From a virus: a stretch of 64,000 nucleotides of DNA. The position numbers and the translations under genes are program-made. Shown here in pieces: positions 63,234 through 64,000 of this stretch (position 1 is its first letter; the number at the start of each line of letters is the position of its first letter). Location of the stretch: the IMG/VR virus record IMGVR_UViG_3300044449_000227. The stretch is one strand, 5' to 3'. Under the pieces are notes generated by a model, which saw nothing but the letters and a program-made list of their open reading frames with translations, did no database searches and was not told the DNA's origin.

Positions 63234-63698
63234 ATGCCTTTCGTCCTCGCCGAGCGGCGCCCGCGCTTCAAGTGGACCGTCTCGGTCATGCGGCCCGATG
63301 CCAAGACGCCCGGCAAGCACGTCGCCTCCACCTTCACCGCCGAGTTCGATCCCCTGACGCCCGAGGAGGAGCAGGAGAAGAAGGACCGGGCGATGGCGGT
63401 CCTCGACGAGGGCGAGGCGGAAGTCGCCGAACCCGACGCCCTCGACCGCAACAAGGCCGAGCTGCGCCGGCTGATGGAGCGCCTGCGCGGGGAGCCGGAG
63501 GAGGAGAAGGCGCACCTGCGGCGGGTCTTCGTCGGCTGGGGCCAGGACCTGGTCGACCAGGACAACAAGCCGATCCCCTACTCGGACGAGGTGCGCGAGC
63601 AGCTGCTGGGCTTCCCGGAGATCCGGCGCGCCCTGATGACCGCCTACCAGGCCGCCATGAACCCGGAGAACCCGAAGGGTGCGCGGCGGGGAAACTGA
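63234..63698 (+). CDS. Tail assembly chaperone
   Basis: FKWTVSV...FTAEF...VFVGW...IPYSDE; ends G GGA AAC TGA. Confidence 0.85.
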   Translation: MPFVLAERRPRFKWTVSVMRPDAKTPGKHVASTFTAEFDPLTPEEEQEKKDRAMAVLDEGEAEVAEPDALDRNKAELRRLMERLRGEPEEEKAHLRRVFVGWGQDLVDQDNKPIPYSDEVREQLLGFPEIRRALMTAYQAAMNPENPKGARRGN

Positions 63699-64000
63699 GG
63701 GCGGTCGCCCGGCTGTGGGCCGGCGCCGGCAGCGACCGCTCCCTGGACGCGGAGGCCGAGGCCGACCTGGTGGCCTTCGGCATGCCGCCCGAGCGGGTGG
63801 CGGAGATCTCCGCCCGGCGCTCCGAGGGGCGGTTGCTGGTCTGGCCGGAGAACCGGCGGGCGGTCGAACTCTTCCTCGCCGCCGGCACCGCCTGGCGCTG
63901 GCAGGTGTTGGTCGGGCCCTCCGGCAAGACCCGCACGCTCTGGCAGGGCTTGGACTGGCCGGCCGTCCAGGCCGTCGCCGCGATGGGCGGCTACGCGATC
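63689..64000 (+). CDS. DUF1799-like chaperone extension (-1 frame), truncated by window edge
   Basis: The -1 frame reads VWPENRRAVELFLAAGTAWR...GLDWPAV. Confidence 0.8.

Larger units (their letters stand above)
35260..64000 (+). mobile_element. Mu-like transposable siphoprophage (right part outside window; left end approximate)
   Basis: Order c, ner, A, B, gemA, mor, lysis, gp25-30, I, T, gp36, G and tail tube. Confidence 0.95.

Overview
High-GC DNA, probably alphaproteobacterial (GcrA homologue, GTA-like tail genes), made up almost entirely of two adjacent prophages. (1) 1 to ~35.1 kb is the right part of a lambda-like cos-packaging siphoprophage. It carries a DNA-modification cluster (MT-A70, GcrA, Dam-like, PAPS-reductase-like), an antisense nuclease plus toxin-antitoxin cassette, a P4/D5 helicase followed by a palindromic iteron array, a DUF6456-like regulator, a cos-like site, head and tail genes, an immI-like antirepressor module, two paralogous tail-fibre genes, lysis genes and an att-like region. 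(2) ~35.3 kb to the window end is a Mu-like transposable siphoprophage: repressor, ner, transposase A/B, GemA, Mor-like activator, lysis, terminase, portal, MuF with a nuclease-like tail, protease, capsid, a tRNA-CAT and the start of the tail. The strongest candidate for an undescribed system is a low-GC, antisense, ~963-aa NACHT/STAND NTPase with transmembrane helices at both ends, inserted between MuF and protease I. All family assignments come from recognising motifs and synteny by eye; no database searches were run.
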